Below, piece after piece: positions 38,482 through 48,382 of a stretch of DNA of 64,000 nucleotides. Source of the stretch: an uncultured Gammaproteobacteria bacterium. GTDB taxonomy: Bacteria > Pseudomonadota > Gammaproteobacteria > JAKDMP01. Location of the stretch: positions 3,683 through 67,682 of the forward strand of contig CAZPJI010000009.1 in the NCBI GenBank assembly GCA_964586925.1, given 5' to 3'. The translations under genes and the position numbers were made by a program. The notes under the pieces are model-generated. The model made no database searches. It was given only the letters and a program-made list of their open reading frames with translations, and was not told the DNA's origin. Within the stretch, counting starts at the first letter, position 1; every line of letters begins with the position of its first letter.

Positions 38482-40170
38482 TCAGTTGCCCCCGTGGTTC
38501 TGGGGCAGTTGTGCCTCGCGCAGTTCCTTGCGCAGAATCTTGCCGACGTTGGACTTGGGCAACTCGTCGCGGAACTCGACGTGCTTGGGCACCTTGTAGC
38601 CGGTCAGGTTTTCGTGCGCGTAGGCGATGATGTCTTTCTCGGTCAGTTTGGGATCCTTGCTGACCACGAAGACCTTGACCGCCTCATTGGAATGCTTGTC
38701 GGGTACGCCGATGGCGGCGACTTCGACAATGCCGGGCATGTGGGCGAGCACATCCTCGACTTCATTCGGATACACATTGAAGCCCGAGACTACGATCATG
38801 TCCTTCTTGCGGTCGATCAGGTAGGCATAGCCGTTTTCGTCCACGCGTGCCACATCGCCCGTGCGCAGGAAACCGTCTTTGAGAAAAACCTTCTTCGTCT
38901 CATCCGGGCGGTTCCAGTAGCCGCGCATGACCTGAGGGCCGCGCACGCACAATTCTCCGGATTCACCCACTGCGACTTCTTCGCCCTCGTCGTTGCGGAT
39001 GGAAATGTCCGTCGAGGGAACCGGCAGGCCGATGGAGCCGGTGTAGTCCTTGATCGTCAGCGGGTTGGCGGTGACCACGGGCGAGGTTTCGGTCAGGCCG
39101 TAGCCCTCGATCAGCGGGATGCCGGTGAGTTTTTTCCAGCGCGCGGCGACGGCGCGCTGTACGGCCATGCCGCCGCCGAGCGCGAACTTAACATGTGAGA
39201 AGTCCAGGCTGTTGAAGTCATCATTGTTCAATAGCGCGTTATAGAGGGTATTGACACCGCTTATGGCCGTCCATTGCGTTTTCTTCAGCGTCTTGACGAA
39301 GTCCGGGATATCTCGCGGGTTGGTGATGAGTATGTTTTCACCGCCGAAGTGAATCATCACGAAGGCGTTTACCGTCAGCGAAAAGATGTGATAGAGCGGC
39401 AATGCCGTGATGATTTTTTCCTCGCCGAATTCGAACAGATCACCGATCCAGGCGCTGAGTTGCAGCGCGTTGGCGATCATGTTGCCATGCGTCAGTTCCG
39501 CACCCTTGGCCACACCCGTCGTGCCGCCGGTGTATTGCAGGAAGGCCAGGCTGTCATGATCAAGCTCTGTTTCCGGCAACTCGTGCCGGCTGCCGGCCTG
39601 GAGGCAGTCCTTGAAGCCGATTGCGCCCTCGATGGTCCAGTCGGGCACCATGTGCTTCACCTTCTTGACCACGAAATTGATCACGCTGCCCTTGAGGCCG
39701 GGCAGCATGTCGCCCATGCGCGTCACGATCACATGCTTGATGTCGGTGCCTTCCATGGCCTGCTCGAGCGTGTGCGCAAAATTGTCCAGCACGATAGCGG
39801 CCGTGGCACCGGAATCCTTAAGCTGGTGCGCCATTTCGCGGCGCGTGTAGAGCGGGTTGAAATTGACCGCGACCAGGCCGGCGCGCAGTACGCCGCAAAG
39901 CGCAACCGCGTACTGCAGGATATTGGGCATGATCAGGGCGATCCGGTCGCCCGCCTGCAGACCGAGTTCCCCACGCAGAAAGGCGCCGAAGGTAGCGCTC
40001 TGGCGGTCGAGTTCGGCATAGCTGATTGCGTGGCCAAAGTTGGAGAAAGCGGGACGGTCCGGATACTGGCTGAATGCTTCCTGCATGAGATCCACGAGCG
40101 ATGAGTAGCGGCTCATGTCAATCTTTTCTGGCACACCTTCGGGGTAGTTCTTCAGCCAGATTTTTTTCAT
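38482..40170 (-). CDS. fadD: Long-chain-fatty-acid--CoA ligase
   Basis: 562 aa. AMP-binding motif (YTGGTTGVAKGA) and the FadD-like N-terminus MKKIWLKNYPEGVP. Confidence 0.9.
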   Translation of the reverse strand: MKKIWLKNYPEGVPEKIDMSRYSSLVDLMQEAFSQYPDRPAFSNFGHAISYAELDRQSATFGAFLRGELGLQAGDRIALIMPNILQYAVALCGVLRAGLVAVNFNPLYTRREMAHQLKDSGATAAIVLDNFAHTLEQAMEGTDIKHVIVTRMGDMLPGLKGSVINFVVKKVKHMVPDWTIEGAIGFKDCLQAGSRHELPETELDHDSLAFLQYTGGTTGVAKGAELTHGNMIANALQLSAWIGDLFEFGEEKIITALPLYHIFSLTVNAFVMIHFGGENILITNPRDIPDFVKTLKKTQWTAISGVNTLYNALLNNDDFNSLDFSHVKFALGGGMAVQRAVAARWKKLTGIPLIEGYGLTETSPVVTANPLTIKDYTGSIGLPVPSTDISIRNDEGEEVAVGESGELCVRGPQVMRGYWNRPDETKKVFLKDGFLRTGDVARVDENGYAYLIDRKKDMIVVSGFNVYPNEVEDVLAHMPGIVEVAAIGVPDKHSNEAVKVFVVSKDPKLTEKDIIAYAHENLTGYKVPKHVEFRDELPKSNVGKILRKELREAQLPQNHGGN

Positions 40171-40245
40171 GGTGTTTCTCCGTAATATTGGATTCAGTCA
40201 GTCGACTTATTGACTTGAAGAATGCCAGTTTACAGCCTCAATGCG

Positions 40246-41217
40246 TCAGTCTACCCGGTTGCGGCGTTGCGAAGCTCGCCAAGCCGTTATATTCGCTGCA
40301 ATTTCCGTGATGGCTCGCTGCCTCGCCTCGCGTGCGGCCCAGGCGATATGTGGGGTGACGAGGCAGTTATCGAGGGCGGGGTCGAGCAGGGGGTTGCCGG
40401 CCGGCGGCGGTTCACTGCTCAGTACGTCCAGTCCGGCGGCGCCGATCTCGTGCCGGGCCAGTGCCCGCGCCAGGGCCGCCTCGTCGACCAGGGCGCCGCG
40501 AGCCGTGTTGATCAGCAGGGCGTCGCGTTTCATCAGGGCCAACGCGTCGGCATCGATCAGCGCGCGTGTCTCCTCGGTCAGCGGCGCATGCAGGCTGAGC
40601 ACGTCGGCTTCGGCGAGGGCCTGTTCGAAGTCCACGCGCCCGGGGCGTGGCGGTTGTCCCTTGCGTTCGGCCACGATCACGCGCATGCCGAAGACCCGGG
40701 CGCGTTCCGCCACTGCCCGGCCCAGGGTGCCATAGCCCACGATGGCCAGGGTCTTGCCGGCCAGTTCCCGGATTGGGAAGTCCAGTACGGAGAACGTCTT
40801 GCTGTGTGTCCAGTCGCCGGCGCGTACGCTGTGCCGGTAATCGATGAGGTGTACCGTCAGTGCGAGGATCAATGCAAAGGCGTGCTGGGCTACGGAGTCC
40901 GTACAGTAATCGCGAATGTTGGCTACACCGATGCCAAGTTCACGCGCTGCCGCCAGGTCCACGTTGTCGGTGCCCGTGGCCGCCAGGCAGATGAGTCCCG
41001 GGCGTGCAGTTTCGAGTATGTCGGCGTCCAGGCGGGTTTTGTTGATGATGACTACGCCGGCGTTCGGTATGCGTGCGATGACGTCATCCGCTGCGGTGAC
41101 CGGCCAGGACTCGAATGTGTCAACGGTCTTGCGCAACGGGGTCAGGTCGAGGTCGCCGCGGTCGACGGTGGCCAGATCGAGGAAGACAGCGCTGACGGGA
41201 CCGGTTTGTCGGGGCAT
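40246..41217 (-). CDS. D-isomer-specific 2-hydroxyacid dehydrogenase (glycerate/hydroxypyruvate reductase-like)
   Basis: NAD-binding GxGxxG (LAIVGYGTLGRAVA) and catalytic-domain colinearity. The ATG at 41217 is preferred. Confidence 0.8.
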   Translation of the reverse strand: MPRQTGPVSAVFLDLATVDRGDLDLTPLRKTVDTFESWPVTAADDVIARIPNAGVVIINKTRLDADILETARPGLICLAATGTDNVDLAAARELGIGVANIRDYCTDSVAQHAFALILALTVHLIDYRHSVRAGDWTHSKTFSVLDFPIRELAGKTLAIVGYGTLGRAVAERARVFGMRVIVAERKGQPPRPGRVDFEQALAEADVLSLHAPLTEETRALIDADALALMKRDALLINTARGALVDEAALARALARHEIGAAGLDVLSSEPPPAGNPLLDPALDNCLVTPHIAWAAREARQRAITEIAANITAWRASQRRNRVD

Positions 41218-41276
41218 TGCATGCTCGTGCGTCGCAAAGCCCCAAGTATAAGGACAGCCTGTGTCCGAACGCCGAT

Positions 41277-43265
41277 TCAACCGCCGAGGAGAATGTTTTC
41301 CGCTTGTTCTATGGCTTCCGGCGTGCCGTAGAGCACCAGCGTGTCCGTGGGCTGCAGCACGGTCTCCGGCCCCGGGTCACGGCCCACGATGCCGGCCCGG
41401 CGCAACGCGGTGACGTTGATGCCCAATTCCTCCAGTTGCAATTCGCCCAGCGTACGGCCGGTGGACTGGGCCCCGGGGCCGAGGGTGATCGCGTCGAGCT
41501 GTTCACGGAATGCGTGCGTGTCATCGAGGGGAGCGGCGTCGCCACGCCGGTAGACGTTACGCATCAGCGAGTAGCGCTGGGAGCGCACTTCGGTGACATG
41601 GCGCAGGATGCGGCGCATGGGTACGCCCAGCAGCGCGAGCAGGTGCGAGGCCACCATGAGGCTGGCCTCCAGGGTCTCGGGGATCACCTCATCGGCGCCG
41701 GCCGCACGCAGCTCTTCCAGGTGTGAGTCGTCGCGTGTGCGCACCAGAATGGGCAGGTCTTGTCGCAATCGGCGCACGCTGTCGATGATCACCATCGCAG
41801 TGTCCACACTCCAGTATGTGATTACCAGTGCCCGTGCGCGGAGAATGCCGGCGGCTTCGAGCACCGCGGTCTGCCGCGCATCGCCGAAGTAGACAGGGTC
41901 GCCGCCGGCATGGGCTTCGCGCACCCGCTTGGGGTCCAGGTCCAGCGCCACATAGGGAAAGCCTTCCTCGTCGAGGAAGCGCGCGAGGTTCTGTCCGACG
42001 CGGCCGAAGCCGGCGAGGATGACGTGTCCGGCGACCTCGCTTTCCTGGATGGCCAGAGCTGCCGTGTCTATGTCCTCGTCGGGCAGGACGGAGTCGGGGG
42101 ACAGATGCGCGGCAATCGCCGAGTTGTAGCGCACCAGAAATGGGCTCACGATCATGCTCAGCACGAGGATGTTCAACGCGACCTGCGCGGTCGTGCCCGA
42201 AAGATAACCGTGCGATAGTCCGAGCGTCAGCAAAGCGAGGCCGAATTCGCCGCCCTGGCCGAGGACCAGGCCCGTGCGCAGCGCTTCGCGCAGCGGCGCA
42301 CGTAACAGGCGGCTGGCGAGCAGCACGATCAGTGTCTTGAACAGGATCAAGGCCAGGGTGCCCAGCAGGATGACGGCTGTGTGAGTTAAATACAGGCGTG
42401 GGTTGGCATACATGCCGACGGTGACAAAAAACAGGCCCAGGAGGATGTCGCGGAAGGGACGGATATCGGCCTCGATCTGGGGCCGGTAAGCACTCTCGGC
42501 GAGGATTGCGCCGGCGACGAAGGCGCCCAGCGCCAGCGATAGGCCGGTAGCCTGGGTGGCCCAGGCGGATGCCAGCGTTATAAGTAACGAGGTGAGCAGG
42601 AATAGCTCGCCCGAGTGACTGCGGGAGATCTCTACCAGTAGCGGTCGCACGACGAAGCGGGCGGCGAGGATCATGATCACGACAACGGCTACGCCTTTCC
42701 CGAGGACGATGGCCAGCGTGATGGCCGAAGAGGCCCAGCTGCCATGGCCGTTGGCGAGAGCCGGAATCAGGATCAGCAGCGGAATAACGGCCAGGTCCTG
42801 GAACAGGAGCACACCGATCGCCAGGCGCCCGTGGATTTGGCGCAATTCGAGTTGTTCGCCGAGCTGCTTGGCGACCAGGGCTGTGGACGACATGGCAACG
42901 GCGCCCGCGAGCAGTACCGCGATTACCGGCCTTGCACCCGCAAAAAAGTAAAGCGCCAGTGCCGCGAGCGCCATGCTGACACCGACCTGCAATCCCCCGA
43001 GCAGGAATACTTCCCGCCGCATTGCGATGAGCCGGTTGAGTGAGAACTCGAGCCCGATGGTGAACAACAAAAAGACGATGCCGAATTCGCTCAGTGCCGC
43101 GGTGGTCGCATCGTGAGGCACCCAGGCCAGCACGTGCGGGCCCACGCAAATACCCGCGACGAGATACCCGAGGGCGGTGGGCAATCGTAAACGCCTGATC
43201 AGCCATACGGCAGCGACCGCAATGACGAGCAGGATCAGGATCCCGCCCAAGGCTTCCGGATTCAC
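41277..43265 (-). CDS. kefB: CPA2-family monovalent cation:H+ antiporter with C-terminal RCK/TrkA-N domain (KefB/KefC-like K+ efflux)
   Basis: 662 aa. 12-13 TM helices colinear with E. coli KefB (LFQDLAVIPLL), then a Rossmann RCK domain (HVILAGFGRVGQNLARFL). GTG start. Confidence 0.8.
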   Translation of the reverse strand: MNPEALGGILILLVIAVAAVWLIRRLRLPTALGYLVAGICVGPHVLAWVPHDATTAALSEFGIVFLLFTIGLEFSLNRLIAMRREVFLLGGLQVGVSMALAALALYFFAGARPVIAVLLAGAVAMSSTALVAKQLGEQLELRQIHGRLAIGVLLFQDLAVIPLLILIPALANGHGSWASSAITLAIVLGKGVAVVVIMILAARFVVRPLLVEISRSHSGELFLLTSLLITLASAWATQATGLSLALGAFVAGAILAESAYRPQIEADIRPFRDILLGLFFVTVGMYANPRLYLTHTAVILLGTLALILFKTLIVLLASRLLRAPLREALRTGLVLGQGGEFGLALLTLGLSHGYLSGTTAQVALNILVLSMIVSPFLVRYNSAIAAHLSPDSVLPDEDIDTAALAIQESEVAGHVILAGFGRVGQNLARFLDEEGFPYVALDLDPKRVREAHAGGDPVYFGDARQTAVLEAAGILRARALVITYWSVDTAMVIIDSVRRLRQDLPILVRTRDDSHLEELRAAGADEVIPETLEASLMVASHLLALLGVPMRRILRHVTEVRSQRYSLMRNVYRRGDAAPLDDTHAFREQLDAITLGPGAQSTGRTLGELQLEELGINVTALRRAGIVGRDPGPETVLQPTDTLVLYGTPEAIEQAENILLGG

Positions 43266-43379
43266 GGGGTACCCCCTCGTTGGACCATGGCGTCCGGTCC
43301 CGTTTCGTACACCTCTAGCTTATACTGTTGTCATGCTGATTCATGCAGTCAGGGCGGAAGGTGATGCCCGCAGTGGCAC

Positions 43380-43637
43380 TTACTAACCCGACCGGTAGTA
43401 AAGCCTCACTCAGAGCTCCTGCGCCGTTCGCCGACAAGGCGCGTTCGCGCCGGCGTAGTCGTTCTACGCCAAGCGGGCGCAACGTCGGCGGCGGGCGGCT
43501 CAGGGGCTCCCTGCGGGCGGGACGGTGCCGGGCGCCTGCGGCGTTACGCGGGCTTGAAAGGGAATCACCCTTCCTGCGCCCGCGTGCCTTGCATGCACAC
43601 CGGCACCGTCTCGCTGAGTGTGGCTTTACTACCGGTC
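43380..43637. mobile_element. MITE-like element: 36-bp terminal inverted repeats flanking a ~185-bp GC-rich structured core, located in the kup promoter
   Basis: Left arm 43380-43415 TTACTAACCCGACCGGTAGTAAAGCCTCACTCAGAG. The right arm 43600-43637 is its reverse complement with 2 mismatches. Each arm contains its own TTACTA/TAGTAA hairpin. Confidence 0.6.
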
Positions 43638-43668
43638 GGGTTAGTAATCCGTCCAAAGCAGAGCAATA

Positions 43669-45864
43669 ATGCTGTTCCAAAAGCTTTTATCCAAGCCGCA
43701 AGGGGGCGAGGACGACGCTCAGGATTCCGAGCGCCGCCGCCAGTTGTGGTTGTCTTTCCTCTCCTTGGGCGTCGTGTTCGGCGACATTGGCACGAGCCCA
43801 CTCTATGCCGTCCGGGAGTCGCTGCATGCCATCGGTCATGCGCCGACGAAGGAAGAAGTGCTGGGCATCATCTCGCTCGTGATCTGGGCGCTGATCCTGG
43901 TCATCTGTTTCAAATACCAGACATTCGTGTTGCGCGCGGATAATCGCGGCGACGGCGGGATCATCGCACTTGTGGCCTTGCTGCGCCATCGCAACCGCCC
44001 GGGCGCGGAGCGCCAGCCGGTAGGCGCTCCCCAGCGTTCGCGACGCCAATGGGTGGCTGCCGGGGCCTGGGTGTTGGTACTGGGTACTTTCGGGGCCTCG
44101 CTGCTCTACGGCGACGGCATGATCACCCCGGCCATTACCGTGCTCTCGGCCGTGGAAGGCCTGCATGTGGCAACGCCCAGCCTGGGGCATCTCATCATTC
44201 CCATCACGTGCGCCATCCTGTTTTTCCTGTTCTGGTTTCAGCGCAAGGGAACCTCCGGTGTCGCCACCTGGTTTGCGCCGATCATGGTGGTGTGGTTTCT
44301 GACCCTTGCGGGCCTGGGGATAGCCTCCCTGATGCGTGCGCCGGGTGTCCTGGCTGCTTTCAACCCGTTGCACGCCGTGGATTTCTTTCTCTCGCACGAA
44401 GAATTGGGCTTTATCGTGCTCGGTTCAGTCTTCCTGGTCGTGACGGGCGGTGAAGTGCTCTATGCGGATCTGGGGCATTTCGGCGCACCCCCGGTGCGCC
44501 GCGCCTGGTTTGCACTGGTATTTCCGGCCCTGTTGATGAATTATCTGGGCCAGGGGGCGATGGCGATCCGGCACCCTGAAGCGGTTCCTGACCTGTTCTA
44601 TTCACTGGCACCGGGATTTGGCGGGAATTTTTCCATTTTTGCACTGACGTTGCTGGCGACCGTGGCCGGCGTCATCGCTTCCCAGGCGGCGATCTCGGGC
44701 GCGTTCTCGCTCATGACACAGGCCATTGGTCTGAACATCAGCCCCCGAGTCAAGATCGAACGCACCTCGCGCACCGAACGTGGCCAGGTCTACATTCCCT
44801 CGCTCAACGTCATACTGATGATTGCCTGCATCCTGTTGGTGCTGACGTTCCGCAGTTCCAGCAACCTGGCGGGCGCATACGGGGTGGCGATCAGTACGGA
44901 CATGCTGATCACGACGCTGCTGATGTATATCGTGATGCGGCGCTTGTGGCATTGGTCCTGGTGGAAGACGATTCCACTGATCGCCGTTTTCCTGGCGATG
45001 GATATCCCGTTCTGGGGCGCCAACATGATCAAGCTCGACCAGGGCGGCTGGGTGCCGATCATGATCGCGCTGATCGCTTTTGCGATCATGCGGGTCTGGA
45101 CCAAAAACCGCGAACGGCTGATCCGCACCCTGCGCTCGCGGACGGACAATGTCGCCGTATTCCTCGACCGTCTTGGGCATCACATGCCTAAGCGGGTGCC
45201 GGGTACGGCTGTGTTCCTGGCAGCGCCGGGTCTGGGGATCCCGCCCATGCTCAAGTACCATCTGCGCCACAACCAGGTGCTGCACGAGCAGGTGTTGCTG
45301 CTTTCGGTCATGATCTCCGATGAACCGACCGTCAAGGCTCGCGGGCGTCTGGATGTCGTGCCGCTCGGCTATGGTTTCTACCAGGTGACCATGCATTTCG
45401 GGTTCAAGCAGGAGCAGAACGTGTTGATTGGCCTCAAGCTCGCGGCCGAGCAGGGCTTGCTTGACATTGATCCCGAGCGGCTGACGTTCTACATCGGCCG
45501 TGAAACGCTGATGCCTGCCAGTTACGGGGGGCCCCTGCATGGCCCCCGGCAATGGTTTGCCCGGCACTGGCGCAAGTGGCGGCGGTTGCCCGAGCCCGAG
45601 CGTACCGGAGGACAGGAAGTGGGCATCATGCAGGCCATCTCGGAGCGGGTGTTCGTGCTGATGCATCGCAATGCGATGCGTGCTACCGACTTCTTCAAGA
45701 TTCCGGATGACCGTACGGTGGAATTCGGTTTGCGCGTCAGTACCACGGCGCTTACCCGGGAAGAGCAGCTGGAACGACAGCGCCAGCGTGCAGAAGCACT
45801 GGCGCAGACGGACGTGCATGCGGACAATTCCGCAACGTCACCCAAGGCGGGCGAAACTGCCTGA
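43669..45864 (+). CDS. kup: KUP/HAK/KT family potassium uptake protein
   Basis: 731 aa. The N-terminal K+ transporter signature (GVVFGDIGTSPLYA, GDGGIIAL) and 12 TM helices. Confidence 0.9.
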   Translation: MLFQKLLSKPQGGEDDAQDSERRRQLWLSFLSLGVVFGDIGTSPLYAVRESLHAIGHAPTKEEVLGIISLVIWALILVICFKYQTFVLRADNRGDGGIIALVALLRHRNRPGAERQPVGAPQRSRRQWVAAGAWVLVLGTFGASLLYGDGMITPAITVLSAVEGLHVATPSLGHLIIPITCAILFFLFWFQRKGTSGVATWFAPIMVVWFLTLAGLGIASLMRAPGVLAAFNPLHAVDFFLSHEELGFIVLGSVFLVVTGGEVLYADLGHFGAPPVRRAWFALVFPALLMNYLGQGAMAIRHPEAVPDLFYSLAPGFGGNFSIFALTLLATVAGVIASQAAISGAFSLMTQAIGLNISPRVKIERTSRTERGQVYIPSLNVILMIACILLVLTFRSSSNLAGAYGVAISTDMLITTLLMYIVMRRLWHWSWWKTIPLIAVFLAMDIPFWGANMIKLDQGGWVPIMIALIAFAIMRVWTKNRERLIRTLRSRTDNVAVFLDRLGHHMPKRVPGTAVFLAAPGLGIPPMLKYHLRHNQVLHEQVLLLSVMISDEPTVKARGRLDVVPLGYGFYQVTMHFGFKQEQNVLIGLKLAAEQGLLDIDPERLTFYIGRETLMPASYGGPLHGPRQWFARHWRKWRRLPEPERTGGQEVGIMQAISERVFVLMHRNAMRATDFFKIPDDRTVEFGLRVSTTALTREEQLERQRQRAEALAQTDVHADNSATSPKAGETA

Positions 45865-45898
45865 CCGCAGCCGTTTTCAACACAGACCAAGGAGGTGC

Positions 45899-46885
45899 AT
45901 GATGCAATACCGGCGTCTCGGCCGTTCCGGCCTCAAGGTGTCCGCCCTTTCCTTCGGCTCCTGGGTTACCTTCTCCAACCAGGTGGACCGCAAGCGGGCG
46001 GAAGAGATGCTCGCGCACGCCTATGCAGCGGGGGTCAACTTTTTCGATAATGCGGAGGTGTACGCCCACGGCCAATCCGAGCTGGTCATGGGCGAGGCTC
46101 TCAAGCGGTTGGCATTCGACCGCGACACTTGGTGCGTTTCCAGCAAGGTCTTCTTTGGCCGTGTGATGGAGCCACGGCCCACGCAGCGGGGCCTGGCGCG
46201 CAAGCACCTCATGGACGCCTGCTATGCCGCCTTGCGGCGTCTGCAGGTGGATTACCTGGACCTGTATTTCTGCCACCGCCCCGACCCGGATACACCGATC
46301 GAGGAAGTGGTTCGCACCATGAATACGCTGATCGCCCAGGGCAAGATCTTGTACTGGGGAACCTCGGAGTGGAGCGCGGCCGAGATCGCCACGGCGCATG
46401 CGCACGCCCTGCGGCTGGGGCTCGAGGGGCCGACCATGGAGCAGCCCCAGTACAACCTGTTCCATCGCCGGCGCATGGAGATCGAATACGCACCCGTGTT
46501 CAGCGAATACGGGTTGGGTACGACCATCTGGTCGCCACTTGCCTCCGGAATACTCAGCGGCAAGTATGCCGACGGCATACCCCCGGACTCGCGCTTCAAC
46601 GTCAAAGGTTATGAATGGTTGCGCGACAGGATCGAGAGCGAGCGCGGGCGTGCCCAGATCCAGGCCGCGAGCGAGGTGGCGACAATCGCCCGGCAACTCG
46701 ACGCAACGCCGGCTCAGCTTGCGCTGGCCTGGTGTCTGGCCAAGCCCAATGTCTCCACGGTGATCCTGGGTGCATCGCGGTTGTCACAACTGGAGGAAAA
46801 CCTTGGTGCGCTAGCCGTGTATGAGCGCCTGGACCCGTCCGTTATCGAGCGCCTGGAAGCACTCACCGAAGCTGTTGCGGACTGA
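45899..46885 (+). CDS. Aldo/keto reductase, voltage-gated K+ channel beta-subunit-like (AKR6/Tas family)
   Basis: MMQYRRLGRSGLKVSALSFGSWVTF is the Kv-beta/AKR N-terminus, and the protein has a TIM-barrel length of 328 aa. The ORF-track start at 45671 is an upstream extension. Confidence 0.8.
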   Translation: MMQYRRLGRSGLKVSALSFGSWVTFSNQVDRKRAEEMLAHAYAAGVNFFDNAEVYAHGQSELVMGEALKRLAFDRDTWCVSSKVFFGRVMEPRPTQRGLARKHLMDACYAALRRLQVDYLDLYFCHRPDPDTPIEEVVRTMNTLIAQGKILYWGTSEWSAAEIATAHAHALRLGLEGPTMEQPQYNLFHRRRMEIEYAPVFSEYGLGTTIWSPLASGILSGKYADGIPPDSRFNVKGYEWLRDRIESERGRAQIQAASEVATIARQLDATPAQLALAWCLAKPNVSTVILGASRLSQLEENLGALAVYERLDPSVIERLEALTEAVAD

Positions 46886-46907
46886 AGTTCCGGTCTGGAT
46901 GGCGCAG

Positions 46908-47501
46908 CTAGCCGCGTGACCAGACCAGACAGCGGTTGTTGGCGGGCATGGCGGCATCGGCTCGAAGCGAAAAGCCTGCGCTGCGCGCCAGGGCGTCAAC
47001 GGCTTCGAAATCGCGGATGCCCCGGTGCGGTACCTGCCTTTTAAGCCACTCATCGAAAGCGGCGTTACTCTTGCTGGTGAAGCGGCCGCCGTAGTTGAAA
47101 GGTCCGTAAATCACGATCCTGGCATTTTCGGCGAGCAGCGTGCCGTTACCCGCGAATAGCCGTTCTACTTCCGGCCAGCTCATGATGTGCAGTGTGTTGG
47201 CGCTGAATAGCGCATCGTAGCCGCCGACCGGCCAGTCGGCATCGTTGACGTCGAAACTCAAGGGCGCCGGTGTGTTGTCCAGTCCTGCAGCAACGAGCCT
47301 GGACGCAAGGTCCGGGAGGTTTTCCGGGCGTTCCGTAGCCTGCCACTGTAAATGCGGCAGGGCGGCCGCGAAATATTCGGCATGCTGCCCGGTGCCGCTG
47401 CCGATTTCGAAGACCCGTGTGCAGTCGGCGAAATGCTCCCGCAGCACGGCGAGAATGGGATCGCGGTTACGTTCGCAGGAAGGAGAACTCGGCAGCGTCA
47501 T
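46908..47501 (-). CDS. DUF938 family class I SAM-dependent methyltransferase-like protein
   Basis: 197 aa. Motif I VFEIGSGTGQHAEYFA. The small DUF938 architecture. Confidence 0.7.
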   Translation of the reverse strand: MTLPSSPSCERNRDPILAVLREHFADCTRVFEIGSGTGQHAEYFAAALPHLQWQATERPENLPDLASRLVAAGLDNTPAPLSFDVNDADWPVGGYDALFSANTLHIMSWPEVERLFAGNGTLLAENARIVIYGPFNYGGRFTSKSNAAFDEWLKRQVPHRGIRDFEAVDALARSAGFSLRADAAMPANNRCLVWSRG

Positions 47502-47519
47502 GCAATAAGCGTAACAGGC

Positions 47520-47948
47520 TTACTGGAAGCAGCTATCGGGTTGTCGCCCCAGAACCCGAAAGAGCAGCATGCCGCCGGCCAGGCCGAGCGTGAATACCAC
47601 TGCCTCCCATGATCCCTGGGCCATGGCCGCGATGCCGGGTCCGGGGCAGAAGCCGCCGAGGCCCCAGCCGATACCGAATAGGGCGGCGCCGCCAATGAGT
47701 GGAATGTCGATGTACTTGCGAGTAGGCAGCTGAAAGCCTCCGCCGAGCAGTGGGTGGGGACGGCGCAGGATAAAGTGGAAGCTGATCAGGGTTACGAGCA
47801 CGGCTCCGCCCATGACCAGGGCCAGGGTCGGGTCCCACGTGCCGCTGAAGTCCAGGAAATCGATGATCTTCGCCGGGTTGGTCATTTGCGCCAGCGCGAG
47901 CCCGAATCCGAACAGCAGGCCCGAGGCGAGACTGATGAGATTCTTCAT
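47520..47948 (-). CDS. YeeE/YedE family sulfur-compound transporter, half-size subunit (DUF6691-like)
   Basis: 142 aa, 4 TM helices, and the conserved GGFCPG loop. The ATG at 47948 with a GGAG RBS is preferred over 48056. Confidence 0.75.
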   Translation of the reverse strand: MKNLISLASGLLFGFGLALAQMTNPAKIIDFLDFSGTWDPTLALVMGGAVLVTLISFHFILRRPHPLLGGGFQLPTRKYIDIPLIGGAALFGIGWGLGGFCPGPGIAAMAQGSWEAVVFTLGLAGGMLLFRVLGRQPDSCFQ

Positions 47949-48382
47949 CAGAAGACTCCGAACAGGTGACGCAGTGTGAACACGGTCAGCGTGCCGGTGG
48001 CCATAAAGGTCAGCGTCGCGACCAGGGAACGCATGGAGAGGCGTCCCAGGCCGCATACGCCGTGACCGCTGGTGCAGCCGCAGCCCATGGCGGTGCCGTA
48101 ACCTACGAGCAGTCCGGCTAACAGGAATGTCGGCCAGGGCAGTGCGGCGTGGAATGCGCGGTGGCCGGGCACCAGCCAGAATTCAAGGGCGGCGCCGCCG
48201 ATTAGGCCTAGCAGGAAAAGCCAGTCCTGCATGCGCGTCTTATCAGGGCGGTGCAACGCACTATCGAAGATTCCGCTGACGCCGGCGATTTTGCCGTTCA
48301 GCCCAAGCAGCAGCGTGGCCGAGACGCCGATGAATAATCCGCCGATGAACCCGCTGACCGGTGTGAAATTGATGATGGTCAC
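47948..48382 (-). CDS. YeeE/YedE family sulfur-compound transporter, half-size subunit
   Basis: 144 aa, 4 TM helices, and the conserved Cys loop GCGCTSGHGVCG. GTG start. An ATGA-type overlap couples it to the downstream half. Confidence 0.75.
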   Translation of the reverse strand: MTIINFTPVSGFIGGLFIGVSATLLLGLNGKIAGVSGIFDSALHRPDKTRMQDWLFLLGLIGGAALEFWLVPGHRAFHAALPWPTFLLAGLLVGYGTAMGCGCTSGHGVCGLGRLSMRSLVATLTFMATGTLTVFTLRHLFGVF

